Shown here: positions 36,629 through 49,113 of the stretch, piece by piece
Position numbering within the stretch: position 1 is the stretch's first letter
Layout: each line of letters starts with the position of its first letter
Assembly: GCA_001642005.1 (NCBI GenBank)
Contig: LWCA01000084.1
Coordinates: 1 to 56,678, forward strand
From: Intoshia linei
Taxonomy: Eukaryota > Animalia > Orthonectida
Length of the DNA: 56,678 bases
Direction: 5' to 3'
Position numbers and translations under genes: made by a program
Notes under the pieces: model-generated
Databases searched by the model: none
What the model saw: only the letters and a program-made list of their open reading frames with translations
What the model was told of the DNA's origin: nothing

Positions 36629-39600
36629 TTATTTTTGGTAATCAATAGCGGCTTGGTGTACTTTATCTATAAATTGAAATAATCCAGCAGAAGTTAACTG
36701 TGAGTAAGTTATAGAAGGTATATTTGTCCTGGAATCTTCATAATATGTAATTTCATATGTCAGTCCCAACTAAATTGAGTATTATAATAAGAATTAATAT
36801 TTTAGGAGTTCTTCAAAGTGAATTTCCAAATGTATAGAAATTTTTGTGAATTACAAATTTTCCCTTACCAAATTATTGCAGAATTATTACCAAAATATGG
36901 ATTGCAGTGTAACTATCCCAGAACCATAATAACATATCGATTACACATTTAAAACTCTACATTAGTGGCTCATAAAAATATCACAAAATCACTAAGTTTT
37001 CATAAAAAAATAGAATAGAATCATTTCAAAACATTTTATTAAATTAAAATTAAAAAGTTCCTAGAATGACAGTCAACAAATCTTATATATCAATATATCT
37101 TAAATTTAGACTCTACAGGCCTCTTAAAAAATTTCTAAATTACACCTAACATTTAGTAGAATAATACTTAGATTATAGAAAAAGCCTAGATACCAATTTC
37201 TGAGATTAAACCTAGTTTTTTGAATTCTAAGAAAAACGTGCACAATCAATGTTTCATTTAACATAAATTCAAAAATCGAATAAAAATTAAAAAATGCAAA
37301 TATCTGAGGATGAAAATTTTTATTTACATCAATTATAATTATTCCAATGGAAAAAATAGTCTTGGAATTATATTTTTATATTTTTTCAGTAATAATTTTA
37401 ATACTTTAGAGCAGTGCTTTCCAACCATTTTTGGTTGGCGATACACCAATCAAAAAAATAAACATGTGATTCATAAATATAGTTGAACCAATTTTTTTCC
37501 AATAATAATCTGAAAATAAGCTATATAAAATTTATCATCATCATAAAAAATATCTTTGATTTGCATTTTTACGTCTTCCAATTGTATTGTCTGCTAATGA
37601 AATTTATAAAAAAATTAAATAGAATTTTAAGTTTGGCGACACATCTGGAAGTCATTAGCGACACACCAGTTGGAAAGCACTGCTTTAGGGTAATAAAATA
37701 GTAATTTCAGTTGTCATGAAGATGCAAATTTCTCAAAACTATTTTATGATTTTTTAAATTCTACGAATGTTAGTTTTTAACTGTAAACACATTTTCAAGT
37801 TGAAATGAATAAATGATACATTTGATAATAACAATATTACATAATATTTGATTATAGTAGTTAAGAAACTCTGGTATATATTATTTAAAACCAAAATATT
37901 AATTATAATTTATAAATTGATAATATTGAAATTTTACTTTCGTAGGCTCTTTGTCATGTAGGGGTTTAATGATAATATTTGAATCGTAATCATAAATTTG
38001 GACATTTTTAATAGATGAATTATTTCTAATTTCGTCAGTATTGGGCAAAGATTGTGATTTTATTATGTAAAATCCAGATAAAGGCTCATACTTTGAAATT
38101 CGCCTATAACAAAAAATTATTTAAATTTAAAATATCAGGAAAAATCAACCAAGTACAGTGAAGCCTCCACTATTAGCCGATGATTCGATAACAATTTTTC
38201 AAAATAAATCTAAAAATGTTTACATGCCTTGATCCCCCCTGTTCATAAAATAAAATTAATGAGAAATATATCGAGTTATATAAAAAAGAACTAGAATTGG
38301 CGAAATGTCTTAAATATTTAAAGTTAACAAGTCAGTTATTTATTTAGTCATACATACTAAATTAGTTGGCGTTACAAAATTACAAAAGTATTAATTTAAA
38401 CATACTCACTATTTTGTACTAATTGATCTTCTCTAAAAATATTTGTATACAGTTAAGGGGGTCGACAATATATTTTTTTGGAAACCACGGGTATATACTA
38501 TACAACAGTGGTTATTAAACATAAAACTTCACGGACGCCTTATTTCAACAAATATTTTTCGCGGATCCCTTTAAAAATATTTGCATCACTTAATCAACTA
38601 AATCAGAGGTGGGAAGCCTTTACTGTTCTAAGGCCGCACTAACGTCCCAAATAAATTTAATAAGGCCGCACAATCTAAATAAAATTTAATCAAATACAAT
38701 AGTGCTTCTCATGGGGGTGACTGATCACGCCAAGGAATGAACACGAAAATTTTAGATGATTGGGTGAATGATACATTTTTAGCATATTTTATTCAATTTA
38801 TAAAATTTTATGAGAAAAAATAAACCAACCCTTAAGGTTTAAGAAAAAATTCATGTATCTGATCTCAAAATAAAAAACTTAATTTTACCAACCCTTAAGG
38901 AAAAAACCACTTTTACAAATATTTTTGTAAAAAATCCTATTTTACCAAAAACTAATATAATAAATAAAATAGTTTTAAATGAAAAATAATTCAAATCATC
39001 AATAAGGCCGCACTTTCTCCATCTCTGGACTAAATATTTGATAATCATTGAAATTCATACAAAAATGTTAATAATAATCATACATCATATTTTAATAATG
39101 TTTGAATTCCTCATAATTAACACTAAAAGTCATAGATAAAGTTTATTATAAACTCAAAATAAATGAGGTAGAATTTAATTTAAAAAACAAAATGGTTCAC
39201 AAAACATGGTCAACCCATCAAAGGAGTAACAACCATAACAATTACTATAAACGATATAAAGTTAATTATATCTATCTTAATATTTTTGTATGAATTTCAA
39301 TAATTACATTTTCAGGGGTAAATAATAGATAATTTTATTTTTTGGGAATAAATGCTTAAAACCAAAAAAGGCATCACAGTGGAAAATAGGTCTTTCTAAT
39401 ATTCGTCAAATAAAAAAAATTTATTCTGTAGAAAAATATTAATAAAAATTGAAACCTGTAAAAATATTCTCGAGAATTCATGGGAAACTAAATAATGGTT
39501 ATAATCAATGCAACTAAAAAAATATCCAAAAATTTACTGGAAAACGAGACACCCAATGAATGACATCATTTCCGTCTTGATCTATCAATTTTTCCAGTTG

Positions 39601-40343
39601 TATAACATTGTTATCCCAGATCTTTCGGTATTCTAAATCAATCTTAAAATTAAAAGTGGTTATTTTTTACATACCTGAACGTTATAAAATGATTGAGCAG
39701 AAATGTCATCAATTACACCATGAACTAAAATATACAATTTAATTAAACCAATATTCTATAATATCATTCTCATATTCTCATCAAATTCTCATAATATTAT
39801 ATCAATAAATTGATATAATTATTATATGACGCCGCGTAAACTTGAAATAAATAATAAAAGGGTAAGATAAATACATTCTTCAAACTAACATTGGAATAAT
39901 AAATCTACTTTTCAAAAGACTGCTCCCCTTAATTTGACGACCGCTCTAAAATTCATAAATTATAAATATTACCTTTATAGGCATAAAGTCCATTTTTATA
40001 TTTTTTCCTTAGCAAGCAAACACCATTTTTATCGTTAACATATTCCCACCCCGAATTAATAAATGTATCTTTCCAAGAATTTTTATCAAATGAAGAATTA
40101 CTAATTTAAAATTTAGCAGCATTTAGATTTAACTAGTCAAAATTACATTTTATCAACATCCAATTTCAACAAATCGTTATCGGATTGGATACCATTAATA
40201 GATATCATCATACTTGACATTGCCATTAATTTACGATTTTTGTGGCTGATGAGGTAAGATACAATTTGACGGTAATTTGGTTTTGGAAATCTTTTGTAGT
40301 TAAAATATGAAAACATTTTAACAAAATTTATTCGGAATGCCAT
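36629..40343 (-). CDS. STARD7: START-domain phosphatidylcholine transfer protein with a mitochondrial-type presequence, 7 exons
   Basis: Spliced GWEYV...[33 protein letters not shown]...IHWVSRFPFPMNSREYFYRR...IIIKP...TYYEDSRTNIP...FIDKVHQAA; basic N-terminus. Confidence 0.88.
37412..37682. mobile_element. Buster-like hAT MITE in a STARD7 intron
   Basis: Perfect TIR CAGTGCTTTCCAAC/GTTGGAAAGCACTG; TSD CTTTAGAG/CTTTAGGG with central TA. Confidence 0.88.
38604..39027. mobile_element. Buster-like hAT MITE in a STARD7 intron
   Basis: Ends CAGAGGTGGGAA / TTCTCCATCTCTG; TSD AACTAAAT/GACTAAAT; repeated AAGGCCGCAC. Confidence 0.75.
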
Positions 40344-41231
40344 AAGAAATAAAAAATAAGTGGGCGATATTTGATTTTCAAAATGAAATGTACTTAAAAT
40401 ATATACAAAATATAAAATCGAACTCTGTAAATATATAAATTGTTAAAGATGCATGTCAAGTAACGAATAATAAATAATGAGGATTAGACTAAATGACAAT
40501 AAAGGACGCGGGTCATAGCAATTATACAATATTGATAAAATATTTTCTTCATATAATTTAAAATGAGCAGAAAGGTACACAAAACTTAAAATTAAATCAA
40601 GATTAGAAGGCAATGATCTAGGGTAGCACTTTATCAATATTTGATCTCATATTGACTAAAATATTGGATACATTGGTTTATACTCTAAGCAGGTGTTTCT
40701 CAACCTTTTTCAGATGGCCATCTTGGAATCCATTAAAAAAATTAAGAAAAAGCTGCAAATTTAAAAAAAATTATATCGGTACAAAAAAACAAAAAATTTA
40801 ATATTAAATTTAATGTAACTCATCCTCTCTGAAATGGTACAGCTCGTTTTCAATTTTTCGCTGTAAATTGTGTGACCGTCCGCATATTAAAATATTGTTT
40901 ACATTTTAATACCAATTTGTTCAACTATGAAGCCATTTTTTGTTAATCACATTAACAGAGCAAAACACGACATAATTATAATTATAAAGCATATTTCAAT
41001 CAGTAATAATCACAAACAAAAATTTGACAATTTTTGGTCATTACCTACAGATATTACATTTTAATCTGATTCAAAAATGAGCCCATATAATGACTATATT
41101 GTTAACCAATTGTAAATGTACGGTTGAAGTAATTGAAAAAATAGAGTAAATAAACTTTTTAATTAATTATAAGAATTTTATAGAATCTAAAAATATAACA
41201 AATATTATATATTTTTGATAACAAGTATAAT

Positions 41232-42521
41232 TTAATTTTTTCTAAATCCAAAAAATGATTTTTTAACCGGTTTACCCTCTTTAATGTTTTGTTTATCTTT
41301 ATTACTGTCAATATTATCATTTTTATAAGAAATGTTTGAATCTGGTTTTAAAATGTACCTATTAGGTTTACTGCGACATGTGTCATTTTTACTTGAAATG
41401 TTTTTTCGATTAGATTTCGTCTCTAAACTACCAATAGATTTAGTGAATTTCCTCTTTTCCCTAACAGAATCTAAATTTCCCCTGCCATCATTTGATTGTA
41501 AAATAACTTGATCTATTTTGTTTTTAATGTTATGGAAAGCATCAGCCCCCAAATAATCGATATTTCCACATTCCCATTCAACTTGGCGTGAATAATTTGA
41601 ATGAATACTGTCGATATTAAAATCAGATTGAGAATGTGTAATATTTCGATTCCATGAGCTGAATAAATTAAATTCTTGAACAGAATCCGACGCAAAAGCA
41701 CTTTCTTTTTCTGAAATTAATGACTTTAAATCATCACTCAATTTAGGGTAAATTTGAGAGTAAAATAATTTCCACCATATATTCAAAAAAGTGAAACCTT
41801 CTTGACCAACTTGATCTTGGTCAATTTGTTCATCTTCTAAATTGTACAGGTAATTCCAAGGTTTTTTGGCACCAATAAAATGTACTGCTTTAATCAAATG
41901 ACCAAAATGTTTGAAGGCAGGCAAATAAGAATAAAAACATTGCCAAACACAATTGTATAGAAATGGAATATGCTTTTTGATATCTGAATAATGCCAATCT
42001 GAAAAATACATGTTGAGTAGGCCTTGGTCTGCTCCGTCAAAGGAACCATTCTCCGTAGCAAATTTACTAATACTTTCAAAGGTAGCTATGGAAGGTTTAA
42101 TAACCAATAAGCCCGAATTAAAACAATCTGGCCAACCAGGATCTGCGACGGCGGACAATTCGTCTCTTTTGAACAAATCGTCAATGTTTTTTAATACCAT
42201 TATGTCAGCGTCCATAAACACGCATTTATCAAATTGAATCAATTTCCAGCAATGTAGTTTAGTAAATGTTATACCTAGAGTAGGTCTCTCCAACAAGTTC
42301 AACCGATAAAAATCTTTACTGTCAAGAGGTTCCACGTGATATAAAACATCGTAAATTTGATTTAATTGATATCTCATGTCTGGGGATACTTCTGATGTCA
42401 GCATTACGGTCAACATTTTACTTGTTTCTACATTTCGTAAGCTTTGCCCCAAGACCAATGCTCCAATTCCGTATGCATCGTTTGTGACGAGTGTTACGTA
42501 TGAATGTTTAATATTTGCCAT
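41232..42521 (-). CDS. GYG1: Glycogenin (GT8), intronless, 429 aa
   Basis: YVTLVTNDAY, TFTKLHCW, FMDAD, FDGADQGLLN, autoglucosylation YSYLPAF, HFIGAKKPW, glycogen-synthase-binding WECGNIDYLGADAFHNIKNKID. Confidence 0.97.
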   Translation of the reverse strand: MANIKHSYVTLVTNDAYGIGALVLGQSLRNVETSKMLTVMLTSEVSPDMRYQLNQIYDVLYHVEPLDSKDFYRLNLLERPTLGITFTKLHCWKLIQFDKCVFMDADIMVLKNIDDLFKRDELSAVADPGWPDCFNSGLLVIKPSIATFESISKFATENGSFDGADQGLLNMYFSDWHYSDIKKHIPFLYNCVWQCFYSYLPAFKHFGHLIKAVHFIGAKKPWNYLYNLEDEQIDQDQVGQEGFTFLNIWWKLFYSQIYPKLSDDLKSLISEKESAFASDSVQEFNLFSSWNRNITHSQSDFNIDSIHSNYSRQVEWECGNIDYLGADAFHNIKNKIDQVILQSNDGRGNLDSVREKRKFTKSIGSLETKSNRKNISSKNDTCRSKPNRYILKPDSNISYKNDNIDSNKDKQNIKEGKPVKKSFFGFRKN

Positions 42522-43519
42522 TTAATGACTATCAATATATTTAACTTATCAAATTATATTGGTAGTTATTTAACTAGTTAGTAGACATGGTTGTTTTGAA
42601 ATGAAATAGACAGATTTTTGAAATCTTGCATAATTTGTGAGGTAGTCATGATTATATGTGTTTTGATAGACTTTAGTGATCGAATTTGGTTTGAATCACT
42701 GAAGCGGTGTTTTTGTTTTAATTTTCTACAACAATATAATCACTTTTACTCCAATTATTCACAATTTTGGACTTTTAATCTAGTAAAAATAAAAACTTTA
42801 TTTTTATAAGTTTTTATGGGATTATACATTATGTATAATTTTTGGATTTTAGTTTAGATACCGATTCGATATTACACATAATAACGAGTGGTTAATGCGT
42901 TGGGTTACGTCAATTTAATAATAATTGTTATTTTGATGGTTTTTCAATCACTTTCAGAATGTTTACAACAAAATCCCTAAAGTTTGTTGTATATTGGAAA
43001 TACATTCAAGGTCGTCTAACAAATTTCAAGATTACAATTGTCAGACGTATCAAATGTGTAATTTGATTTTAATAATTCAAACTAATTTCAAATTCTAAGT
43101 TTTATTGTATAGATTGATATTCTTGAATGCGAACTTGAATCACACATGGTACTATTTAATTTGTTTTCTAATCAATCAAATCAATATATTGAAAACGTTG
43201 TCCAGTGTAATAAAATACGAAATATAAATTATATAATAAAATATAGTAAGAAAATTATGGAAATAAACGATTTAGACATTTACACTTTGTAGTCTCTGAT
43301 TTCTGCTAAATGTTGCAGACATTTTCTTCGAGTCTTGCAAATTATCATTATAGTCTCAAGTACATCTATGTATTTATTATATTAGTTAAAGTGGGCAGAT
43401 TTTTAACGTACTAAATAGCTAATAATTAGTTTCTCGGTTTTGAGTCAAGTAAAAACAATAGTTTATTAGAACATTTAAAATGATGATTTCGAATAAAATT
43501 GAATATCCTTAGTAAGGAA

Positions 43520-44317
43520 TCTTTATTTATATAATATGCTACACAATATTTGTTTGTGTGTGTTACTGTTTATTTCAATAACTACCAGTCTTAGAATTTT
43601 ATAAAGTGCACATTTCAATTACAGTTTTTACTGGGGGTTTTATCAAAATAAATTTCAACCTCCCAATTTTACATCTTACAGGTCAAAAACCCCAGTTGTC
43701 CCTCTTTTTGAAAATCAAACGAGTTGGAGAATTTAAAAAGCAATATACTCTGATACGGATTTTAAAATCATAAAAATTATCTTCAATTTAAATTAAAAAA
43801 AAATATATTGTAAGGGCCAAAACCTCAAATTACCCTTTTTTTAATGAAAGAACCCTAGAATTTAAAAAAATACAAGTGGTACAGTTGTATCCTGTTAACA
43901 CACACACAGAAAATTTCAATCCGAATAAGTGACGACTTCACGGTCAAAAAAGCATTTTAGTATTTATATATTTTTTTTCGAAATATTTTATTAAAACAAA
44001 AAATGTGAAATAATTTACGTTTCAAAATTTAAAAAAAAAGATTATTCTGATAGAGCTTATTCCAGTTGATATAAATACAAAATTTCAACCCCATAAATCT
44101 ACGCATTCTCGGTGAAAAATAATTTTTAAGATATTATCAACCAATATTTTTGAAATATTTCGATTAAAATAAAAATTGAAAATGTAATTATTGATCCTAC
44201 AATTTCAAAAAAAAATCTAGATTCAGCGTCTACACATTTCCAATAAAGAAATATGGGTGAAAATTTATATAATTCATTCCTTCTGAAATTTTTTCATTGA
44301 TACGCAATTTTTAAATT
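43520..44317 (+). repeat. Full-length Helitron-like repeat copy, abutting an older inverted copy (~44318-44866)
   Basis: A|TC 5' end, TG-rich microsatellite, ends TACGCAATTTTTAAATT. Confidence 0.85.
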
Positions 44318-45074
44318 TTTTGTGTGTCAACTGGATATAACCGTATCACTCGTAATTTATTTTTTAAAAAAAAAGGTAATATTGGCTTTGATGGTCAAAA
44401 TACACTTTTTTTGAAATTTCGATTGATGGTAATGTTTATGATTTACAAAGATATCCAAAAATTGATGTTCTATAAAATTGCAGGACTATTTTTTATTTTT
44501 TAAAAAAAAGGATAATTTGGGTTTTTGGCTCTGAAGATATAATTTTTTGAAATTTAAATTTATCACAATATTCATGATATTAAAATCTGTATCAGAGTGC
44601 TTTAAGTTTAGAATTCTAAGACTTTTGATTTTTAAAAAAAAGACAATTGTAGTTTTTGTACGTGAATGACTCAATATCTGAGAATGAAATTTGTGATAGG
44701 AACCAGAAAACTATTAGAAATTGTTATTCTTCAAACTGTACGCCTATTACTTTTTAAAATAAACGGTAACAGACAGACATACATTTTTAGCTAACATCAA
44801 TTAATAAATGCAAATAAATTTAATTTCATATACAATTGTACAATGTACATATTCTGAAAGTTAGGATTAAGGAAAGAAATAAGACGGATTATCTCGCGTA
44901 AACCGAAATACATAATAAAACAAAAACCAAAGTGTACTAATTTCAAAATAAATTATATTAATTTAATTTATATAACATATTTTTCGAAAATTTTCATCAT
45001 AGAGTATGTTGTTTTGATTATTAATCAAAAGTTTACAAATATATGCAGTTGATGAATGCTCGGCTATGAAAAAT

Positions 45075-46084
45075 TTAAAAATAATTATATTTACTAATTG
45101 TTAAATAAAAATTACGTGGCTTGTTGCAAGCAATGTTACAGAAAACAACCTTTCCATTGTTGCAATTATTTTCACAGGTTTCTTTAACGAATTGGCAGTA
45201 TTCTTCAACCGAAAGATAAAAAAAAGAATTAGTTTCATCTATTTCAAAGGCTTTAGAGTTAAAAATTAAATTTCTTTTTGATGTGGATTGAATATGATCT
45301 TCTAAAGGACACATTTAGTATCCTTTACTCTATTTAATGTCTGCATTTCAATTTCTACTGTTAATATGCACGATTTCATAAATGACGCACACTATTATCA
45401 AATTGGTAATGAAAAAGTCCATTTTTATGTCTTCAATTCAAATCAACCAAAAATTGCCTTGTACAATTAAACAAAATACTACAAAAATGGTACAAATTAC
45501 CATATCATGTCATTAAAATTACCGTCAAACCCGCTTATGACCCGTATTATGTCAACATCAGTAGGATTATAAAAAGGTTATTATATACTAAATTTGTTTC
45601 CCTATCTGCATCATCTAAGTCAAACCTAGCATGTCCCAAAAATAGAAATATACTTTTTTGGCAAACGACCCCATTCTAATTTGTCATTTTTAAATTTGTT
45701 TGATGGCCCATGAGGAGTCTTGGGTATGACTCTATACATTCGAATAAAAATAACGTGGAATCATTGGTTTTCCCTTTATCTTAGTTTATATTAATTATTA
45801 ATGTTATTTCATTAACTAAAATTTTTTTAAATACAGTCGTTTTATGCAAAAAGTACAGAAACAACTCTATTTATGTATAAAATTTAACTATAATTACCAC
45901 ACAATTCACCGCATTGTGCTTTGAATGTGTCATAAGTGCACATGTTAGGTAGCAAATCTTTACTTATAAGATAACAGCCCATGACTAACATTATAAATAC
46001 TTGAATGTATGTAAATATTAACTTACGATTTTCCGGAAGACAATATATTATTTTAATGATAACTACAATAATAAATTTGTACAT
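45075..46084 (-). pseudogene. Possible decayed lineage-specific secreted Cys-rich protein gene
   Basis: Signal-peptide-like start MYKFIIVVIIKIIYC, GTAAGT donor, Cys-rich exon-like blocks; no stop-free splice path found. Confidence 0.3.
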
Positions 46085-46476
46085 ATATTTGAATTTCTAA
46101 TATAATGTTCAAATTTGAACATTACTTGAAACGTGATATATTGAAACGTAGTTGGATAAATCTAGATGTAATTAATTCATAGGTTATAATCCATATCTAA
46201 TATTGTTAATTAATGTAATTCTAATTTGATGAAATTATTAAAAAGATCTGATAAAGTATTAATCGTCTTTTTTTTAATTGGGTTAACTTAATATTTAATG
46301 TGTATATCGTTTGAAAATCAATACCAGATAAATATGCTAAGCTTTTAGCTTAAATGCATTATCGAGTAATCAAAATTTAACTAATGGGGAACGTAATTGT
46401 TTAAAATGTAAATAACCTAGAAAATTTGTTAAAATTTATGTTTCAAAATAAAATAAAGACGAAATAACGTGATAAA

Positions 46477-47307
46477 TCCTAACTTATATAATATGCTACG
46501 CTATTTTTGTTTGTGTGTGTCTGTTCAGCTTTATTTAAATAACTAACCGTCTTAAAATTTTATAAAGTCAACATTTCAATTACAATTTTTTCAGGACGTA
46601 TATTAAGCTAAATTTCAACCTCCCAAACTCACATCTTACGGGTCAAAAACCCCAATTGTCCCTCTTTTTGAAAATCAAACGAGTTGAATAATTTGAAAAA
46701 ATATATATGCTGATACGGATTTTAAAATCATAAACATTATCTTAAATTTAAATTTAAAATAATTATATCTTCAGGGCCAAACCACAAATTACCCTTTTAA
46801 TGAATTCTTTTTTTAATGAAAACAGCCCTAGAATTTCAAAAAATTTACAGGTTGTACAGTTGTATCCTGTTCATAATCACATAAAATTTCAATTCAAATA
46901 AGTGACGACTTCACGGTCAAAAAAGCATTTTAGTATTCATATTATTTTTTTTCGAAATGTTTCATTAATATATTATAATATAATAATAATGTATAAAAAA
47001 TAAAAAATGGGAAATAATTAACGGTTCAAAAATTACAAAAAAAAGATTATTCTGATAGAGCTTATTCCAGTTAATATAATTACAAAAGTTCAACCCGAGA
47101 TATCTACGCATTCCCGATGAAAAATAATAATAAATAAAAATAACAAGTATTTCGATTAAAATAAAAATTGAAAATGTAAATATTGATCCTACAATTTCAA
47201 AAAAATGTGCAGTGAACGTCTACACGATTTCAATAAAGAAATATGGGTCAAAATCTATATAATTCATTCCTTCGGAATTTTTTTCATTGCTACGCAATTT
47301 TTAAATT
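46477..47307 (+). repeat. Full-length Helitron-like repeat copy (reference copy)
   Basis: A|TCCTAACTTATATAATATGCTACGCTATTTTTG...TTGCTACGCAATTTTTAAATT. Confidence 0.88.
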
Positions 47308-47329
47308 AACAAATAAAGTAAAAAAATTA

Positions 47330-48653
47330 CACGGTGAAGTGTATAAAAATGAATAGAAGATTAGAAGAGTATTCGAATTTTGTTAGTGTATTACATGAAA
47401 AATTGAAACTACGAACAAAAAACATATATAATCTAGACCAGGGATGTCAATTATGCGGCCCTCGGGCCATTTGCGCCCCCAATTATGGAATGTGCGGCCC
47501 GCGTTATAACATAAATTTTTTTATTTTTTATAACAATTTTTTACACATATTTATTATTTGTACACTTACTCCATTTTTATTATTTTATATTTCATTTTAT
47601 GAATTAAAATTATTATAAATTAATTAAATCTGTTAGTTTTAACATAATTTTTTGAGTAAAGATTTTTTTTCAAATTTGTTCCGCCAAACAAAATGAGTCT
47701 GACACCCCTGATCTAGACGAAACTGAATTATTTTACAAGATGATACCTTCTAATACTATTTCCAATAAAATGAGAACTGACCATAAAAATTTTAAAAATA
47801 GGGTCTCAATAATGTTTTGCTCAAATTTTGAGGGTTCTCATAAACTCAAACATATTCTTATAAGTAGATCATTTAAACCTAGATGTTTTAAAGGATTTAA
47901 CTATCAGAATTAATTACAATATTTTACATCCAAAAGAGCATGGATGACTAGTGATATATTTAATCGTTTTCTTAACAAATTTAATAAGGACTGCTTAAAA
48001 ATTGTACTTTTAATGGACAACTGCCCAGCTCACAAAATAACAGGAACCTTTTCAAACATTGAAATAATGTTTTCCCTCCCAATTCCACTGGAATATTGCT
48101 ACCAATGGATAGAGGATAATCTATTCATTTAAATCAAAATTCAAAAATTACAAATTATCATTTATTTTGAATAAGGTTGAAAAAGGTGAATCTGTATGTG
48201 ATGCTTATAAAAAATTAACTTTAAGAGATACCATTAAATTTGCAGATCTATCCTGGAATAAAGTAACACAATCAACAATTTTATATTGTTTTAAACAATT
48301 ATATAATAATCAGAATGGACAAATTATGAAAAAATACCTGATTACAAATGTTATATAAAGTCGCTAAATATTCATGACCCATCACGGAGGAAGAATTTAT
48401 AAACATTGAACATACTGAAAATAATGAAATAATGAGTGAATGTTCTACGTTATACATAGACTCTGGTTTAGACGAACAATTTGAAAATGATAAAATTATT
48501 ATCGATACATCAGTTATTAAAACAACTCCAAATCAATTTATACATTCACTCCAAATTGTAGAAAAATTTTTGTATGAGAAAGAGAAATGGAATATAATTG
48601 ATATTAAATTAATACAATATCTAAATGATCATATAACTTCTAATAGAAAATAG
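47330..48653 (+). pseudogene. Tigger/pogo (DDE_1) transposase relic interrupted by a MITE
   Basis: Removing the MITE restores NIYNLDETELFYKMIP; downstream RVSIMFCSN, RAWMTSDIF, LLMDNCPAH, SWNKVTQSTI. Confidence 0.85.
47439..47710. mobile_element. Buster-like hAT MITE
   Basis: TIR CAGGGATGTCA / TGACACCCCTG; perfect TSD ATCTAGAC (47431-47438, 47711-47718) with central TA. Confidence 0.92.
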
Positions 48654-49113
48654 GGGAAAATCTAATATACGTAAGTACTTCAAAAAAGTATCAAATTATT
48701 CATTTATCTGTATTTATTGATTAATATCGTTAACTTCATCGTATTATGTATAGTTAGAGTTAGTGGCTCTACCACTACCTTAATATTTATTACAGTTGAA
48801 TATTACTGTTTACATTGTATTGTAGTTGAATTTAAATTATAGTTTAAAATTGAAAATGAAGAAAAATATGACTTTAAATGAAAAACTAAACTAAATTAAA
48901 AATAGAATTTAAGATCGCGAATGTTTAATAATTATTATTATAATCATATAATTACTATTTTGTAAATTAAAATGAATGTTTATATATCACTATGACATGT
49001 ATAATGTTTCGTTAGTAAACAAAAATAAAATAGTAGACAAAGACTAGTTTATTTTCATTGTCTACTAACGAAACATGACTGTATTTTTATAAAAGTTTTG
49101 CATTTTCTAATTA

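Noticed and set aside
39905-39972. Apparent 27-nt intron plus poison exon in STARD7 intron 2
   Set aside because: The sequence after the AG (AGCGGTCGTCAAA) looks like a hAT MITE terminus (compare CAGGGGTCGTCAAA at 34313), and 27 nt is below the observed intron sizes
40343-42521. Glycogenin as a nested gene inside a STARD7 intron
   Set aside because: STARD7 starts at 40343 with its own presequence; glycogenin is simply upstream
42884-42910. tRNA D-arm-like CGAGTGGTTAATGCGTTGG
   Set aside because: No T-arm/B-box or acceptor stem nearby
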